Origin: Mobula hypostoma
Taxonomy: Eukaryota
Length of the DNA stretch: 64,000 nucleotides
Assembly (NCBI RefSeq): GCF_963921235.1
Contig: NC_086109.1
Location: 24,988,001 to 25,052,000, forward strand
Direction: 5' to 3'
Under the pieces are notes generated by a model. That model was not told where the DNA came from and ran no database searches. It saw only the letters and a program-made list of their open reading frames with translations. This document shows positions 61,400 through 64,000 of the stretch, one piece after another. A program made the position numbers and the translations under genes. Each line of letters starts with the position of its first letter. The first letter of the stretch is position 1.

Positions 61400-62440
61400 T
61401 TAGAATCAGAATCAGGTTTATTATCACTGGCCTAAGGTGGGAAATTTGTTATCCTTGCAGCAGCTGTACATTTCAATACACACAGTTATAGTAGAAAAGA
61501 ATGTGAATTATATTAAGTTAATATACTTACTGTAATTCACATTATTTTATATACATAATAGTTAAGTTAAATAAGTAGTGCAAAAAAAATCAGAACTAAA
61601 AAAGTAGTGAGGTAGTGTTCATGGGTTTAATGCCCATTTAGAAATCGGATGGCAGAGGGCAAGAAGCTGTTCCTGAATCACTGAGAGTACGCCTTCACAC
61701 TTCTGTACCTCCTTCCTGATGGCAGCAATGAGAACAAGGCATGAGCTGGTTGATGGGGGTCCTTAATGATGGACGTCACCTTTTTAAGGCATCAATCCTG
61801 GATAGTTCGAAGGCTAGTGCCTGTGTTGGAGACCGACTAAGTTTACAACTTTCTGCAGCTTATTTCAATCCTGTGCAGTAGCTCCCCCATACTAGACAGT
61901 AATGCAGCCAGATAGAATGCTCTCCACAGTACATCTGTAGGAACTTGTGAGTGTCTTTGGTGACATACCAAATCTTCTCAAACTCCTAATGAAATATAGC
62001 CACTGTCATGCCTTCTTTAGAACTGCAACAATATGTTGGGCCAAGGATAGATCCTCAGAGATAATGATACCCAGGGACTTGAAATTGCTCACTCTTTTCA
62101 CTTCTGATCCCTCTATGCGGACTGGTGTGCGTTCCCTCATCTTACCCTTTCTAAAGTCCACAATCAGTACCTTGGTCTTACTGACACTGAGTGCAAGGTT
62201 GTTGCTGCGACATTACTCAACTAGCTGATATATCTCGCTCCTGCACGCCCTCTCATCTCCATCTGAAATTCTGCCAACAATATTGTCTGTAGATTTATAG
62301 ATAGTATTTGAGCTGTGCCTAGCCACACAGTCATAGCTGTACAGAGTAGAGCAGGGGGCTAAGCACACGTTGTTGAGGTGTGCCAGTGTTGATTGTCAGC
62401 AAGGGGATGTGTCAATCAGAGACTGTGGTCTTCTGGTTAT
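61400..62440 (-). mobile_element. Rex1/Babar 3' half
   Basis: (AGAATC)n tail at 61402-61416. Minus-strand RT C-terminal motifs (TKVLIVDFRK, FKSLGIIISEDLSW). Confidence 0.85.
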
Positions 62441-62934
62441 TTTGACGTGTCTGAATCTATAGATATTTGAAACATATTACTATTGATCCAGCATCTCCAA
62501 ATCCTCTACTTACAGTGACATCCAAATCTGCACATAGTTGATGAACACTAAACAGGAGAGAAAGAAAGGTGATTTAGAAACAGTACCCTTCCTTCCAGCC
62601 TTCAACCCTTCTCATCCTGTCACTGCACAGCTTCCTGCTCAGGCACCCCGAACTTGGAGATATCTAGCTATCACCATTATGAGAAATGGTACCACCTGCC
62701 AAAGGCTCCAATTATTGACCAAAATTATTGGCTACAAATTCAAATTAATTTTCTTTATCCCATAAGTGTGAAGGAGTTGAGTTCTTATGTGGTTGTTGGG
62801 TATGCTGCAGAAACGAACATTGTGAATATATGGGGTTTGCAAGACATTTCCTTAATTTATAGACGCAAACAGCAGTTACATGTCCTATGAATTGAATATG
62901 AATCACACAGTGCCATATTTCAAAAACTGTGTGT

Positions 62935-64000
62935 GCATGTTGTCCATCGAAATCTGATGACAACGTCCACTCCTTTATCGGTGAGATCTTTGATGGCTAT
63001 ACAGTCCCATCCTGGACCCACAAGCTCTATTGCAGGTGGGACATGTATATGTAGTAGTGGTGGCAACCATGGCTGCATTTCTCCTAGCTCTCTTCTGCTG
63101 TCTTCAGGTTGTTCTTTCCATCTCCAGAATACGAACCCTGTCCCTACACAGCTGTCGCCAAGTGATACAGTCAACAGCAACATCCTCCAGGTCCTCGGGT
63201 CTGATCTTGCACTTCCTTAAAATATTCTTCATCTGATCCTTATCGCACTTCTTCGGCCCTCCAGCTGAGCGTCGATCATGATGTAGCTGGCCGTATAACA
63301 CTCTGCGGGGTAGCCGACATGGGGGCATCCTTATCACGTGCCCCAGCCACTGCAGCTGACGTTGGGTGATCATGGCCTCAATACTCCTGCAGTTGGTCCT
63401 TACAAGTATTTCAGTGTGAGATACCCGCTCACGCCAGGTAATTCCCAGGATGTGCTGGAGGCAGCTTATGTGGAAGCACTTCAAGGACTTGATGTGACTG
63501 CTGTAGGTTACCCAAGTTTTCCAGCTATAAAGGAGGGTGGTGACACAGACCTCTTGGTATACAGCGACCTTTGTGAAGAGACAAAGGCTCCTGTTCTGAA
63601 AGACTTTACACCGAAGTCTCCCAAAGGCAGCTGATGCCTGTTTAATGTGGATCTGGATGCCGTTGTCAATGCCACTATCCTCAGAGAGAATGCTCCCCAG
63701 ATATTTGAAATCTGGCACTTCTGACAGCTTTTCATCACCTGAAGGCAGGTAGAGTAGGTGAGACACTGGTACTCCATTGGCAAACCACTTCTGTCTTGGT
63801 GGTATTGACAGTCAGCCTCATCTTTCTGTACGCTTTCACCGCCACAGCAAGGACAGTCTGAAGATCCTCCGGAGTATGGGCCACAAGACCACAGTCGTCT
63901 GCATACTGCAGCTCCAGGACCCACTCTCTATGGAGTTTGGTGGTTGCGTGGAGCCTCCTAATGTCAAAGAGGTTGCCATCTAATCTGATGTCCACTGCCA
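62935..64000 (-). mobile_element. RTE LINE 3' part running off the window end
   Basis: ELQYADDC, FKYLGS, LQWLGHVIRM, and terminal YTCPTCNRACGSRMGLYSHQRSH, with one frameshift near 63740. Confidence 0.9.

Noticed and set aside
62654..62890. Discoidin (F5/8 C)-like exon suggested by DQNYWLQIQ
   Set aside because: Only one short motif matches and there are no convincing splice sites.
32400..64000. SLC16A4 exons expected downstream from mammalian synteny (and PROK1 upstream)
   Set aside because: No DGGWGW/MCT-like or AVITGAC-like exons were found by eye. Short exons could have been missed.

Overview
Repeat-dense eukaryotic DNA, most likely from a cartilaginous fish and probably a ray. This is inferred from the CR1, Rex1/Babar, RTE, V-domain (HE1-type) SINE and Penelope-type repeat landscape. 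It contains one confidently identifiable host gene: LAMTOR5 (HBXIP, a Ragulator subunit), + strand, 4 coding exons (25828-25862, 27715-27776, 29160-29277, 32307-32367) that splice to a 91-aa protein. Its CpG-rich promoter carries two TCATGTGA (M-box/CLEAR-type) motifs. The rest is mostly nested transposons: CR1, Rex1/Babar and RTE LINEs (one RTE keeps an uninterrupted 688-codon RT frame), Gypsy pol, hAT, Tc1 and Tigger remnants, SINEs, and a 44-bp minisatellite. Most interesting: (1) a degraded, TE-interrupted reading frame at about 17.3-20.4 kb that by eye resembles the C-terminal half of a negative-strand RNA virus L protein (candidate endogenous viral element, unverified); (2) small TSD-flanked Penelope-type elements carrying minimal hammerhead ribozyme cores; (3) several other orphan degraded reading frames; (4) a snap-back hairpin at an RTE 5' junction. 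All calls are by eye, no searches were run, and TE boundaries without a stated TSD or TIR are approximate.
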